Shown: positions 20,626-31,227 of the stretch, in pieces
How the letters are laid out: every line of letters starts with the position of its first letter
How positions within the stretch are numbered: position 1 is the stretch's first letter
NCBI GenBank assembly: GCA_965217895.1
Contig: CBDCJV010000002.1
Span: 4,384,001-4,448,000, forward strand
DNA length: 64,000 bases
Source of the DNA: Waterburya sp.
Lineage (GTDB): Bacteria > Cyanobacteriota > Cyanobacteriia > Cyanobacteriales > Xenococcaceae
Direction: 5' to 3'
Notes under the pieces: generated by a model
The model's database searches: none
What the model saw: only the letters and a program-made list of their open reading frames with translations
Told to the model about the DNA's origin: nothing
Translations under genes and position numbers: made by a program

Positions 20626-21465
20626 TTAAATAACGTCGGCAAAGGTGCGTTCCATTTTACGAAAATACCAGATACCGCTAAAGAAAAATACCGCTACAAA
20701 TCCCAGGGAAAGTAAGAATCCTGGAAGATACAGGTTCGATTCACCACCAAGAATTGCCCAGCGAAAACCATCAATCACCCCTACTATGGGATTAAGAGAA
20801 TACAATAACCTCCACTGTTCGGGAACAACATTGCTGCTAAAGCCTACAGGGGAAATGTACAGACCAAATTGAACGATAAAAGGAACAATATAGCGAAAGT
20901 CGCGGTATTGCACATTTAAAGATGCTAACCATAAACCAGCACCCATAGATGCAGCAAAAGCGATCGCAATAAATAAAGGTAAACTAAGAATGCGCCAGCT
21001 AGGAACAAAATCATACCAAGCCATTAAACCCAGTAAAATTATCCCTGAAATTAGAAAGTCCACAAAGCTAACTACTACTGCACTTGTCGGCACAATGAGT
21101 CTGGGGAAATAGACTTTAGAAATGAGATTAGCGTTACCAATTAAACTGTTACTACATTCAGCTAGGGAATTAGCAAAAAACTGCCAAGGAAGCATAGCTG
21201 CAAACACTAAAATTGGATAAGGTGCGTCTCCTTCGGTTGGTAATTTTGCTATTTTTCCAAAAACCACGGTAAAGACAACCATTGTTAAAAATGGTCGAAT
21301 TAATGCCCAAGCCATACCAATCATCGTTTGTTTGTAACGGACTAAAATATCCCGCCAAGCCAAAAAATAAAACAATTCACGATATCGCCATAAATCTTGC
21401 CAATACTGACGTTCTGTACGACCAGCTTCAATAATTAATTCGGGAGGACTTGTAACCATGATCAA
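20626..21465 (-). CDS. wzm: Polysaccharide ABC exporter permease
   Basis: RDILVRYKQT, LISKVYFPR, FRKMERTFADVI. Confidence 0.93.
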   Translation of the reverse strand: MIMVTSPPELIIEAGRTERQYWQDLWRYRELFYFLAWRDILVRYKQTMIGMAWALIRPFLTMVVFTVVFGKIAKLPTEGDAPYPILVFAAMLPWQFFANSLAECSNSLIGNANLISKVYFPRLIVPTSAVVVSFVDFLISGIILLGLMAWYDFVPSWRILSLPLFIAIAFAASMGAGLWLASLNVQYRDFRYIVPFIVQFGLYISPVGFSSNVVPEQWRLLYSLNPIVGVIDGFRWAILGGESNLYLPGFLLSLGFVAVFFFSGIWYFRKMERTFADVI

Positions 21466-21482
21466 TATAATTTCCCTAACTT

Positions 21483-23969
21483 TTAACGGCGACGAAACTG
21501 TTCTAAAAGCCCTTTCTTTTTAACCTCAGATTCATCATTTTGCTCATCAGAGCTGGAGTTACGGTGAGGCTGATTATAGTAGGAATCGTAATAAGAGTAA
21601 GCGTAGTAATCAAATTCAGGATCGACCATATTAGCGACTACCCCCGCAATATTACACTGACTATTGCTTAAAACCTCTAGAGCATTACCAATTGACTTAC
21701 GGCTAGCTTTTTGGATACCAGCGATGAACAATATAGAGTCAACCTCGTTAGCCAAACTTTTCGCATCAGCAATCACCCCAATTGGAGGAGTGTCAATAAT
21801 TACGTAGTCGTAGGCTGCTTCCCATTCGCGAATTAGCTGCTTCATTTTGCCAGAATTTAATAAGGCAATAGGATTAGGAGAAGTTGCTCCAGCAGTAATA
21901 ATATCTAAATTTTCCCTTGAGCCTGAGCGAATATGATCGGACCAAGATTGATCTGTGGTAATAATTTCACTTAGTCCAGATTCGTTGGGAATTTTGGCAA
22001 GTTTATGAAGTTTAGGTTTGCGTAAATCTGCATCGACTAATAACACCCGCAGATCGAATTCTGATAGGACGATGCCCAAATTATGGGAAATTGTCGATTT
22101 ACCTTCAGCGGAGGTAGAAGAAGTAATAGCCAAAGATTTTATTTGACCCTCATCCGCCATCAGGTAACGTAAATTCATCGCTAAAGAGCGCAACCCTTCA
22201 GTAAAGGATGAATAATAGGAGTAAGACTTTTTAGTCGTGTGAATATTAGCATCAATTCTCGGTTCAGAAACTTTAGGAATAACACCTAGTAAAGGCAGCT
22301 TAGTAATCTGCTTGATTTCTTCAACCTTTTTAACGCTTTGATCTAACTGTTGCAAAATAAATGCAGTGGCAACTCCTAAAAAACCTCCAGCTATCAAAGC
22401 CTGAATTAAGCATTGATTGATAATAGGCGAAACTGGTTTACTGGGTAGAAAAGGCGCGTTCAGAATACGCCAGGGAGCAATTTCTTCGGCTTCGGAGATT
22501 TTTAGCTCTTGTCGTCTTTCGAGAAGATAGTTATATGCTTCAGATTTTAGCTCTAGCTTACGCTTCAATTCCATAAAGGTTTGCTGTAACCCAGGGATAT
22601 TAAGAAATTGATTGTCAGCCTTAGCTTTAGACTGACGCAGACTTGCTAATTTACTTTGCAGACTAGCAGCTTCAGTCTGTAACTCTAGCTGCCGACTAGC
22701 TAATGTTCCTAGAGTTGAACCTTGAGAAGATATTTTTGAGCCTGATTCTATTTCGAGATCTCCAAAAGTTGAATTAGTTGAATTACTGTTGCTACTGCCA
22801 GGAGCGTTGGAAGAGCTGCTGTCGCTATTACCAGAAGCGTTGCTTGTGTCCGTAGCTGATGATGATTGAGATTGACTATTAGCAGGAGCGTTAGTAGTAC
22901 TGCTGGTAGATGGTTGAACATCTGTATAGCTGGGAGCGAGAACTATCCGCTCTAATACTTGAGGAGAAATTGATTTACCTAAAACTTGATTAGCTCTTTC
23001 TTGCAGAAGTTTTTTGAGTTCTTTTCGTTTCTCTTTCAGGTCAACCATGACGTGATAGTTGTCATTGAAATCAACTTTACCTAAGTTGTATTGAGTTTCA
23101 ACATTTCTTAACTGAGAGGCTAAATCTTGATAAACTCCATCTTGACCCAAAACCGAAGATGCTACCATGGTATCTGAATCTTGACCCAACTCTTTCATCT
23201 GACGATTTAACTCTTGAGTTTGTTTTTGATTAAGAGCGATCGCAATTTGGGTTTTTTCGATTTCTTCAGCAGCCTTTTTTTGAATAGTTTCAGCTGCAAC
23301 GGCAGATGTCTCTGGATCTACCAATTCATGAACCTGTCTAAAGGTACGAATTTCTCTAGCAGCATCATCTAAATCTGCTTGAGCATCAGGTAGCTGGCTA
23401 TCGATAAACTCGATCGCATTTCTTGCCTGTAATCGCTGCTTTTTCAAACTGTAGTCTACATAAGTAGTACCTAAAGCCTCTAAAACTGCCTTGGCTTTTT
23501 CTGGATCGGTATCAGTATAATTAGCAACCAGTACGTCAGTCGGTATTTTATTAACTACCGCCTGATCGATTGACAGGTTATTTACTATTTCGGCTACAGA
23601 AAGATCTGGGTAACGGTCTTTAAGAGTTTTTACCGCTTTTTCCACCATCGAGTTACTACGGAGAATAAAAATCTCTGTGGATAAATCTTTGATTGAGTTA
23701 TATGGACTAGCTGGAGCTACATTAGTAGGAGCAATAGAAGTGGCTTTTTGATTTTGGGGACTCTCTAGTAATATCAAGCTCTCTGAAAGATATTTAGGAG
23801 TTTGCAGTGCCGTAAACAGAAATATGCCTGTAAAAGCCGTTATTCCCACAGCTAAAGCAGGTTTCCAGCGACGATAGACAACTTGTTTAAAATCGGCGAC
23901 AGAGAAGCCTGGTTCTTGAATGTTTAGCGCACCTAAATCAATTTCCGATCTGATTATTTCGTTACTCAT
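21483..23969 (-). CDS. wzc: Wzc/GumC-family polysaccharide co-polymerase with tyrosine kinase domain
   Basis: Two TM segments, coiled periplasmic region, AEGKST, LLVDAD, IIDTPP, C-terminal Tyr cluster; contains a Ser/Thr-rich insert. Confidence 0.9.
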   Translation of the reverse strand: MSNEIIRSEIDLGALNIQEPGFSVADFKQVVYRRWKPALAVGITAFTGIFLFTALQTPKYLSESLILLESPQNQKATSIAPTNVAPASPYNSIKDLSTEIFILRSNSMVEKAVKTLKDRYPDLSVAEIVNNLSIDQAVVNKIPTDVLVANYTDTDPEKAKAVLEALGTTYVDYSLKKQRLQARNAIEFIDSQLPDAQADLDDAAREIRTFRQVHELVDPETSAVAAETIQKKAAEEIEKTQIAIALNQKQTQELNRQMKELGQDSDTMVASSVLGQDGVYQDLASQLRNVETQYNLGKVDFNDNYHVMVDLKEKRKELKKLLQERANQVLGKSISPQVLERIVLAPSYTDVQPSTSSTTNAPANSQSQSSSATDTSNASGNSDSSSSNAPGSSNSNSTNSTFGDLEIESGSKISSQGSTLGTLASRQLELQTEAASLQSKLASLRQSKAKADNQFLNIPGLQQTFMELKRKLELKSEAYNYLLERRQELKISEAEEIAPWRILNAPFLPSKPVSPIINQCLIQALIAGGFLGVATAFILQQLDQSVKKVEEIKQITKLPLLGVIPKVSEPRIDANIHTTKKSYSYYSSFTEGLRSLAMNLRYLMADEGQIKSLAITSSTSAEGKSTISHNLGIVLSEFDLRVLLVDADLRKPKLHKLAKIPNESGLSEIITTDQSWSDHIRSGSRENLDIITAGATSPNPIALLNSGKMKQLIREWEAAYDYVIIDTPPIGVIADAKSLANEVDSILFIAGIQKASRKSIGNALEVLSNSQCNIAGVVANMVDPEFDYYAYSYYDSYYNQPHRNSSSDEQNDESEVKKKGLLEQFRRR

Positions 23970-24165
23970 ATTTAATTTGATCTGTAAATATCACAATGCC
24001 AAGTGAACTTTACAAAACCTTAGTTAAAGTTAAATAAAATTACTGATAGAAAAAACTCGATCATTCTGACCACCTATCTTAATTTTTTTTCTATCTAGGG
24101 GCTTCAGTACTTTTACTGTTTTGTCTTTAACTTTGAGATGAGTAAAACGATTTATTTGTTAATAG

Positions 24166-24882
24166 CTAATCTTCAGGATTAATTGTTTTAATTCTTGCCC
24201 AGCCAGTGCTTTTCCAAATCATGAAAAATAAAATAGCTGCTATTAAAGCACCGAGATTCCACTTAAGACACTGTTTGATTAACATAGAACGTTTTTGCGC
24301 TCTAAATGACTTGGTTTGACTAGTTATGTTGTCTTGGTTATTTTGTAAACTAGTGATAATATCTGCTTTTAACTTCTGAGTATTTACTGAGTCAGGAATA
24401 CTAACTTCTTCTTTTGACTGTTTTTGGAGAACTGCTCCAATTTCATCTTTAGAATTAGCTGCTTTAAGCTGTTCTTTAAATTTTTGAATTGCATCTTTTT
24501 GATTGACGTATTGGGCATTCACCGTCGCATTTTGCTGATTATAAATCCGAAAGCTATTGCTGATATTTAAAGGAATCATTAACATCAATAATATTGCTGT
24601 TGTTAAAGACAGCCAAGATAAAGCCTTGAGAATAAAAGTTTCAATGGGAGCGCGATCGCTTCTCTCATCATAATAAATCAGCACTATCCCCAACAAAGTA
24701 ACGGGAATCCTTTCCACAATTGCGCCCACGGTTTGGAACTCCCATAGTGGATTCATTAGCTGGGGAGGAATTACCAAAAATAAAACATCTACGATGGCCA
24801 TGACCAATAAGCCATAGCCAACTAAACGCAAAATACCAGAAGAAAATACCTGTCTTTCTTGATCCTGTAAGATAGCCATCAA
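24166..24882 (-). CDS. HpsJ-family membrane protein
   Basis: LRLVGYGLL...PPQLMNPLWEFQT...VERIP pattern; 4 TM segments with a coiled loop. Confidence 0.7.
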   Translation of the reverse strand: MMAILQDQERQVFSSGILRLVGYGLLVMAIVDVLFLVIPPQLMNPLWEFQTVGAIVERIPVTLLGIVLIYYDERSDRAPIETFILKALSWLSLTTAILLMLMIPLNISNSFRIYNQQNATVNAQYVNQKDAIQKFKEQLKAANSKDEIGAVLQKQSKEEVSIPDSVNTQKLKADIITSLQNNQDNITSQTKSFRAQKRSMLIKQCLKWNLGALIAAILFFMIWKSTGWARIKTINPED

Positions 24883-25081
24883 TTTGCTTGAAGATCTTTG
24901 TTAAATTTAAACTTGTCTAGTATAGACTTACAAATTGCAGATTGCCTAAGTTGCAGTAGACTCAAACAACAGTTATTCAAAGTAAGTAAGAAAAAAGGTT
25001 AAGCTTGGCAGATTAAAAATAAATTGGTAATGCTTAAGGCTAAATGAGCGATCGCCCTTAATTATAAATCCGTCAATAAAG

Positions 25082-28000
25082 ATGAACAGCTATCAGTATC
25101 AAATTGGAGGCAGTTTAAGTGTAGATGCTCCTTGTTATATAGCTAGAACAGCAGATAGTGAACTTTTGAAAGCTCTACTAAAAGGCGAGTTTTGCTATGT
25201 ATTTAACTGTCGTCAGATGGGCAAATCTAGTCTCAGGGTACAGGCTAAAAAACGTTTGGAAAAAGCCCAAATGCACTGTGTATCGCTGGATATGAGCAAT
25301 ATTGGTAGTAAGAATATTTCTCCTGCACAGTGGTATAAAAGTATTGCAGCCGAGCTATGGCGGGGATTCAATCTATTCGGTAAAGTGAATTTTAAAACTT
25401 GGTGGCAGGAGAACTCGGAATTATCTTCTGTTCAACAGCTACATTACTTTATCAGCGATGTAATCTTACCAACTCTAGAAGCTGAAAACATTTTTATCTT
25501 TATTGATGAAATTGATAGTGTTCTTAGCTTAGATTTTTCGACGGACGATTTTTTTGCTTTAATTCGCTATTTTTATAATGCTCGTGCTGAAAATCCCGAA
25601 TTTAAACGCTTAACTTTTGCCCTCTTTGGTGTAGCTACACCCAGCGAACTAATTAGCGATCACCAGCGCACTCCCTTTAATATTGGTACAGCGATCGCTC
25701 TAGGGGGATTAGAATTTCCCGAAGTCATGTCCCTGGCACAAGGACTATTCCCCCTGATTGATCGATCAGAAGCTCTAGTCAAAGAAATTATTACCTGGAC
25801 TGGAGGGCAACCTTTTCTGACTCAAAAAATCTGTAATTTGGTTTGCGATCAGATTACAAATGCTCTAGAAACCGTCAAGATTTTTCCTGGCGGGGAAGCA
25901 ATTTGGTTAGAAAGATTAGTTCAGCAGCAAATTATTGATAGCTGGGAGTCACAGGACGAACCAGAACATTTGAGAACTATTCGCGATCGCCTGTTGCGAG
26001 ACGAAACTAGATCGGGAAAATTATTGGGGATGTATCGCCGTATTTGGCAAGAAAGCTCAATTCCCATTGACAATAGCAAAGAGCAAATGGACTTGTTGCT
26101 GTCGGGATTGGTAGTTAAGCACAGAGCTACTTTAGTAATTCGTAATCGGATTTATCGCGCTGTATTTAATTTAAGCTGGATCGATAAACAGCTCGACAAC
26201 TTACGCCCTTACAGTAATCAAATTAATAACTGGATCGAGTCTAATTATCTAGATAAATCGAGGCTGCTGCGAGGAAAAGCTTTTAACGATGCTCAAGCTT
26301 GGGCGAAAGACAAAATCTTGAGCGACCTTGATTATCGTTTTTTAACTGCTAGCCAAGAATTAGAACAACAGAAAGATAGGCAAAACCTGGAGGCAGCACG
26401 TCTTCAAGAAGTAGAAATTAGACTAAAGGCACAAAAACGCAACTATAAACGCCAAAAGTTTTTGATTGCAGCACTTAGTATAGCTTTATGCTTGGCTACA
26501 GGATTAGGTTTATTTGCTTGCCGACAGTATTATAGAGCGATCGCCAGCGAACAGCAAATAGCCAGAAGTCAGCGTCAAACTATGGTTAGTGTAGTTGAAG
26601 CGATCGCCACATCTTCACAGGCTTTATTTGCCTCAGATCAACGCTTAGAGTCACTAGTGCAGGCATTAAAAGCCAAAGTAGAACTGAATAAACTCCTTGT
26701 GGTAGAACCTGAATTAAGGGTAAAAGTGGAGCATAATCTCCGTCGGGCTGTTTACGGTATTCAAGAAGTTAACCGTTTTTCTGGGCATACTGGTCCTGTT
26801 TGGTCAATCAATTTTAGTCCCGATCAAGAACTAATTTTATCTACTAGCGAAGATCGCACGGCAAAACTATGGAAACTAGATGGTACTCTGCTAAGAACTT
26901 TCAAAGGTCATCAAGCAGGGGTTTGGGCAGCAGATTTTAATCAGGATCAAACCAGAATAGTGACTGCCAGCTTAGATAAAACAGTAAAACTTTGGGATAT
27001 TCAAGGCAAGCTACTCAAGACTTTGACAGGGCATCAAGGTCGAGTGTGGAAAGTGAAATATGCCCCGAAAGATAAATTAATTGCTTCAGCTAGTTGGGAT
27101 AAAACCGTTAAATTATGGACTCCCGCAGGTGATCTAATCACTACTCTTACAGGACATGGCGATCGCGTCCAGGGCATTGATTTTAGTGCCGATGGCAAAA
27201 TATTGGCAACGGCTAGCTGGGACAAAACTATCAAGCTGTGGGACATAGAACAATCTATCAAGTTGAAAAAACCCGTGCTGTTGGCAACCCTCTCAGGTCA
27301 TAGCGATGGTGTTAGTGACGTTAGCTTTGCCCCTGATAATCAAACTATTGTTAGTGCTTCGAGGGATGGCACGCTAATTATTTGGAATATAAGCCAGCCA
27401 ACAAAGCCAGTACTGCAAAATACTCTTATTGGTCACGAAGATCGAGTAAATTCAGTAAAATATAATCAAAAAACTTCAGAGATTGTTTCTACTTCTGATG
27501 ATAAAACAGTTAAGATTTGGAGTCCCAAGGGAGATTTAATTACCACTCTCAATGGACATAGCGATCGCGTTGTTGGCTTAGGAGTACGGGCAGATGGTGA
27601 GATGATCGCCTCTGGAGGTTTCGATCAAACAATTCGCCTTTGGCAGCCACAAAACAATTTACAAAAAACTCTAGAGGGACATTCTGACGGTGTGTGGAAT
27701 GTAGATGTTAGTCCCGATAGTCGCTTAATTGCCTCTGCCAGTCGTGACTCGACAATCAAACTGTGGACTATTGAGGGGGAATTTCTCAGAACCTTTAGTG
27801 GACACCGCGATCGCGTTAATGATGTCGCTTTTCATCCCCATGGCAAGTTTTTAGCTTCAGGTTCAGACGACCGTGATATTATCATCTGGAATCTTCAAGG
27901 CAAAATAATTAATAAGTTCCTAGGTCATGATTCATCGGTTTTTACCGTGGCGTTTAGTCCCGACGGCAAATATCTAGCCTCAGCTAGCGATAATGGTGAA

Positions 28001-28669
28001 ATTAAAATTTGGAATCTTCAGGGAAAACTAATTAAGACTTTAAGCGATCATCAAGGAGCAATTATTGAACTAAACTTTAGTCCTGATGGCAAAACAATCG
28101 CCACTTCTTCTAGAGACGGTACTGTAAAGCTGTGGAAATGGTTAGATGAGACAAATACCATAACTACTCTCAGAGGACATCGAGACGTAGCATATAGCGT
28201 TGCTTCAAGTCCTGATAGTCAAACTTGGGTAACTTCTTCCTGGGATGGCACAATTAAACTCTGGAACGCTCAAGGGCAAGAACTAAAAACTTTTAGAGGA
28301 CATGAAAGTGAAGTCAACCAGGTTACTTTTAGTCCTAATGGTCAAACAATTGCCTCTGCTGGTGCTGATAAAACAGTACGACTATGGAATCTTCAGGGCA
28401 AAGAATTACTAAATCTCGAACGACACACCGCTAACGTTTGGTCAGTAGATTTTAGCCCCGATGGTAAAACTCTAGTTTCGGCTGGAGACGATCGCCATAT
28501 AATAATTTGGGATCTTGACCGCCTGGCTAAAATTAACTATTTTGAATATGGTTGCAATTGGATTTATGATTATTTAAAAACCAATCCCAATCTTGAACCA
28601 GGCGATCGCCGCCTTTGCGATTCATTAAGTTCAAAAGGGAATAATTCTGACAAATTTAACTCAAATTAG
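25082..28669 (+). CDS. AAA-like (AAA_35) P-loop NTPase + TM + about 14 WD40 repeats
   Basis: RQMGKSS, FIDEID, WTGGQPFLTQ, TM helix, GH...WD-type repeats. Confidence 0.9.
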   Translation: MNSYQYQIGGSLSVDAPCYIARTADSELLKALLKGEFCYVFNCRQMGKSSLRVQAKKRLEKAQMHCVSLDMSNIGSKNISPAQWYKSIAAELWRGFNLFGKVNFKTWWQENSELSSVQQLHYFISDVILPTLEAENIFIFIDEIDSVLSLDFSTDDFFALIRYFYNARAENPEFKRLTFALFGVATPSELISDHQRTPFNIGTAIALGGLEFPEVMSLAQGLFPLIDRSEALVKEIITWTGGQPFLTQKICNLVCDQITNALETVKIFPGGEAIWLERLVQQQIIDSWESQDEPEHLRTIRDRLLRDETRSGKLLGMYRRIWQESSIPIDNSKEQMDLLLSGLVVKHRATLVIRNRIYRAVFNLSWIDKQLDNLRPYSNQINNWIESNYLDKSRLLRGKAFNDAQAWAKDKILSDLDYRFLTASQELEQQKDRQNLEAARLQEVEIRLKAQKRNYKRQKFLIAALSIALCLATGLGLFACRQYYRAIASEQQIARSQRQTMVSVVEAIATSSQALFASDQRLESLVQALKAKVELNKLLVVEPELRVKVEHNLRRAVYGIQEVNRFSGHTGPVWSINFSPDQELILSTSEDRTAKLWKLDGTLLRTFKGHQAGVWAADFNQDQTRIVTASLDKTVKLWDIQGKLLKTLTGHQGRVWKVKYAPKDKLIASASWDKTVKLWTPAGDLITTLTGHGDRVQGIDFSADGKILATASWDKTIKLWDIEQSIKLKKPVLLATLSGHSDGVSDVSFAPDNQTIVSASRDGTLIIWNISQPTKPVLQNTLIGHEDRVNSVKYNQKTSEIVSTSDDKTVKIWSPKGDLITTLNGHSDRVVGLGVRADGEMIASGGFDQTIRLWQPQNNLQKTLEGHSDGVWNVDVSPDSRLIASASRDSTIKLWTIEGEFLRTFSGHRDRVNDVAFHPHGKFLASGSDDRDIIIWNLQGKIINKFLGHDSSVFTVAFSPDGKYLASASDNGEIKIWNLQGKLIKTLSDHQGAIIELNFSPDGKTIATSSRDGTVKLWKWLDETNTITTLRGHRDVAYSVASSPDSQTWVTSSWDGTIKLWNAQGQELKTFRGHESEVNQVTFSPNGQTIASAGADKTVRLWNLQGKELLNLERHTANVWSVDFSPDGKTLVSAGDDRHIIIWDLDRLAKINYFEYGCNWIYDYLKTNPNLEPGDRRLCDSLSSKGNNSDKFNSN

Positions 28670-28683
28670 CTGTTAGTCTTAAT

Positions 28684-29193
28684 TCAAGGACAGTACAAAG
28701 TATCTTTAGTGTTCCTGCCTGTAGCTGGATTAGTACCACTTGCTATTTCACACAGTTCTCTTTCGGTAGTGGGACTAAGTAAGGCATCGGTAAAATCTGC
28801 CCCTGTAATAGTTGCTCCTTTAAATAAGGCATTGGTTAAATATGCCCCTTCTAAATTGGCGTTGGTTAAATTGGCGCGAGTTAAACGAGTTGATTCTAAA
28901 CTAGCGTAACGTAAATCCGTACCTTCTAAATTGGTGTTGGCTAAATTGGCTCCAAAAAAACGTACTCCTGTTGCCTTAGAGAAGCTAAAATCAGCACCGT
29001 TCAAATTAGTGTGATCGAAGCTGGCATTGGTTAAATCTTGATTGGTGAAATCGGCATCGGTCAATACTTGTTTATTGTAGTCTGCACTCCAGGCTGGCAT
29101 TACGAATAAAAATAAGGTAACGATAAAAGTCACCATTAAAATCGAAAAACTAGTGACTATAGATGATAGTAAATGTTTGATCTGGATATCCAT
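28684..29193 (-). CDS. Pentapeptide repeat protein with signal peptide
   Basis: A(N/D)L repeats; C-terminal C...GTNPATGRNTKDTLYC. Confidence 0.9.
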   Translation of the reverse strand: MDIQIKHLLSSIVTSFSILMVTFIVTLFLFVMPAWSADYNKQVLTDADFTNQDLTNASFDHTNLNGADFSFSKATGVRFFGANLANTNLEGTDLRYASLESTRLTRANLTNANLEGAYLTNALFKGATITGADFTDALLSPTTERELCEIASGTNPATGRNTKDTLYCP

Positions 29194-30016
29194 TGTTTTA
29201 ATTTAATATTTGATCCTCAAAGAAAATATTACCAATGAATAATAGACAATTATCACAATTATCGATATGGCAATACTTCTTAGCTATAGTAGAGCGATCG
29301 CTTCAATATTCGCAATCAAGCAATTTACTGTATCTTGTCAACGTGAGAAATGCTATAGGCGTATTTTATTACTATGAAATTTAAGAAGCTTAATATTGCA
29401 ATAATTATTGTTTCAACACTTATTGCAATAACAAAATTGCAATTTTATTAGGTATCTTGGCAACACAACTATTATGCTTTTACCGAAAATACAAAATTGA
29501 ATAAGGCAAAATTATTTTCTTACCTTATATTTAGATCAAAATGCTAATAATCATCTAAACACTTGCTAAATTTACAGTAAATCTTTACACTTATATTCGA
29601 GTTTTCCACATTTTTTTATTAGTTTTTCACAGCTTTTAAATGCAATATAAAGTTGCAAAAAATAATTGCATAAGTTGCATAAATGCAATTAGCAACGATT
29701 ATACAGCTATTTTAAATAAACTCTAAGTATAAGATTGAATAAAGATAATTTAAACTATTCATTCTAAGATTTGAGTTATTTTGAATGTTGACAAAATTTA
29801 AAATTATTAGAGAATGAATATTGAAATAACTTAAACATCTAAGCTCAAATTACATCTAGCTTAGATTAAGTTTTTATTTTATATTGTCAAAAGAAATAGT
29901 TGAATTATTTTGTACTTTTAGCTAAAATACATCCAATTAACATTAGGCATTACTTTCATTACAGCTAAAAACTACAGCAAGGTACGAACTGAATATTTAA
30001 TCTTATAGAAATAATA

Positions 30017-30274
30017 ATGAATCAAGAATATTGCGTCAGTGTAGAAGCAGAGATTAACAGCGAACTACATAAATCTCTGCTAGGATATCTGGACTCTCAT
30101 CCTTACTGGGATTTAAATAGAATGCTAAATGCTTCTCTATCTATGTTTATAATGCAAAATTGGAGCAAAGAAGATGGCTTGGAACAAAAAGATTATGACA
30201 CCTGTAGCCGTGTCTATTTAGACAGTATTTTTCATGAACATCGTACTTATGTACGGTATGAGCAGAACAACTAG
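30017..30274 (+). CDS. DUF2811-family protein
   Basis: YLDSHPYWD...ASLSMFIMQN...SRVYLD. Confidence 0.8.
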   Translation: MNQEYCVSVEAEINSELHKSLLGYLDSHPYWDLNRMLNASLSMFIMQNWSKEDGLEQKDYDTCSRVYLDSIFHEHRTYVRYEQNN

Positions 30275-30291
30275 AGCTTAAGTTACAGCGA

Positions 30292-30356
30292 GATCGCTTC
30301 TTGAACGGGACTAATGCCCCCGTTTAGGAGGCTCGTTCCACTCGCAAAGACCGCGG
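30292..30356 (-). repeat. HIP1-associated small dispersed repeat
   Basis: GATCGCTTCTTGA is the reverse complement of the end of the 48708-48785 element; internal hairpin. Confidence 0.55.
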
Positions 30357-30374
30357 AATGAATCTAGATAAAGT

Positions 30375-31166
30375 CTAAGAAGCACCTGGAACTTTTTGTA
30401 TTTGGGCATATCCGCTAAATAGCAAAACATTTCCTTCTGTTTGCAGACGATTTAAGCGCAGCTTGACACCATCTAGGTTGAATTTATCTAAATCCACCAT
30501 TTCATTAAGAATTTCACCTAAAGCAACGGTCAATTCTTGAGAGACATTTTGCAAATCTTGAGGTATGTCTTCTTGCTCAAACTGAATATCTTCAAATTTA
30601 ACTCTTCTACGTTTGTTAATTCCCAAAATGCAGCTTAGGCTTACAGGTATAACCTTATCTTCCCAGCTAGCTTTTGCTTCTAGCTTTACCCTGTTGTCTG
30701 GCAAGAGTTTTACTGTAACATCATTAAAAGATACAGGATTACCTTCAGATATAGCGGTTAAGCCATCGGGGGTTAAATTTTCTAAACGCTTTCTAACCAA
30801 ATCTGCCTCAAAAGATTTGTTGATATCAGCCTCAGATAATCTTACCTGAGCGATCGCCTGAGTGGGCTGTTTAAGGGCAATTTTTCCTTGAACTGCCGAA
30901 CTAAAATCAATTGCCACAGCATCTGTCTCAAAAGACATTTCTGCCGTCCGAAACTGCTTTTTAATCACCAAGCCACTGCCATTCATTTTAAAGCTATCGA
31001 TTGTACCCTGTAATAGCTTGCTAGAAGGATTGCATTTCACCGCAACTTCTACCGAATCGCTACTAGTGAATAAATGGCGGATTGTGTTGCTTGCAACAGT
31101 ATTGATAAGTTTTTCGCCCCAATCTCCGCCTTTATTATTACCAAAACTAACAAATCCACCAAACAT
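30375..31166 (-). CDS. DUF2993/LmeA-like protein; likely start ATG 31166
   Basis: SSKLLQGTIDSF...LSEADINKSF pattern. Confidence 0.75.
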   Translation of the reverse strand: MFGGFVSFGNNKGGDWGEKLINTVASNTIRHLFTSSDSVEVAVKCNPSSKLLQGTIDSFKMNGSGLVIKKQFRTAEMSFETDAVAIDFSSAVQGKIALKQPTQAIAQVRLSEADINKSFEADLVRKRLENLTPDGLTAISEGNPVSFNDVTVKLLPDNRVKLEAKASWEDKVIPVSLSCILGINKRRRVKFEDIQFEQEDIPQDLQNVSQELTVALGEILNEMVDLDKFNLDGVKLRLNRLQTEGNVLLFSGYAQIQKVPGAS

Positions 31167-31227
31167 AGAGTTATAGATTGAGTTACTCTTACCTTGTAAC
31201 AAATTATTAACAAGTCAGCAAATACGA

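Noticed and set aside
29590..29640. Replication origin
   Set aside because: Only one exact DnaA box and no dnaA or dnaN nearby.
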